Shown here: piece by piece, positions 63,886 through 64,000 of the stretch
How positions within the stretch are numbered: the stretch's first letter is position 1
Layout: each line of letters starts with the position of its first letter
From: Dimorphilus gyrociliatus
Taxonomy: Eukaryota > Animalia > Annelida
Reading direction: 5' to 3'
Assembly (NCBI GenBank): GCA_904063045.1
Contig: CAJFCJ010000012.1
Coordinates: 806,001-870,000, forward strand
Length of the DNA stretch: 64,000 nt
Position numbers and translations under genes: made by a program
Notes under the pieces: generated by a model
What the model was told of the DNA's origin: nothing
Databases searched by the model: none
What the model saw: only the letters and a program-made list of their open reading frames with translations

Positions 63886-64000
63886 GAAATTTTCCGTAAT
63901 GGACATAAATGTTTAATCCCAATTATTCAGAAAATATTGCAGTCACGTGTTAACAATTTAGACATCAATTTCCCAGTGCTAAAGCGTCACAAAACTAATT

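Noticed and set aside
1-64000. tRNA, rRNA, snRNA, conserved miRNAs, CRISPR arrays, intact transposons, prokaryotic defence operon
   Set aside because: None recognised by eye, although a covariance-model search was not possible. The TIR genes are intron-containing host genes, with no sign of contamination or recent horizontal transfer.

Overview
This is a compact, AT-rich (about 30% GC by eye) animal genomic window with mostly 50-90 nt GT-AG introns, so the six-frame ORFs are exon fragments. I assembled gene models by hand from splice signals. In order: (1) a 5'-partial SLC4 Na+-coupled bicarbonate transporter (+); (2) a small secreted 8-Cys protein (-); (3) an INO80D-like gene (+); (4) a large spectraplakin (shot/MACF1/dystonin family, -) with no actin-binding CH domains in the window and a probable internal short isoform; (5) a head-to-head pair of two more 8-Cys secreted genes, same family as (2); (6) two convergent anosmin-1/KAL1-like paralogs, both lacking the WAP domain and ending in GPI-signal-like tails; (7) a tandem pair of ARM-TIR(-SAM) genes that keep the putative catalytic Glu; (8) weak, unassigned exons at the right edge. 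The gene content and tiny introns suggest a genome-compacted lophotrochozoan such as a miniature annelid like Dimorphilus (inference only). The most interesting signals are the three-member 8-Cys secreted family invisible to the ORF track, the WAP-less anosmin pair, and the asymmetric TIR pair. Motif counts were made by eye and expectations are rough.
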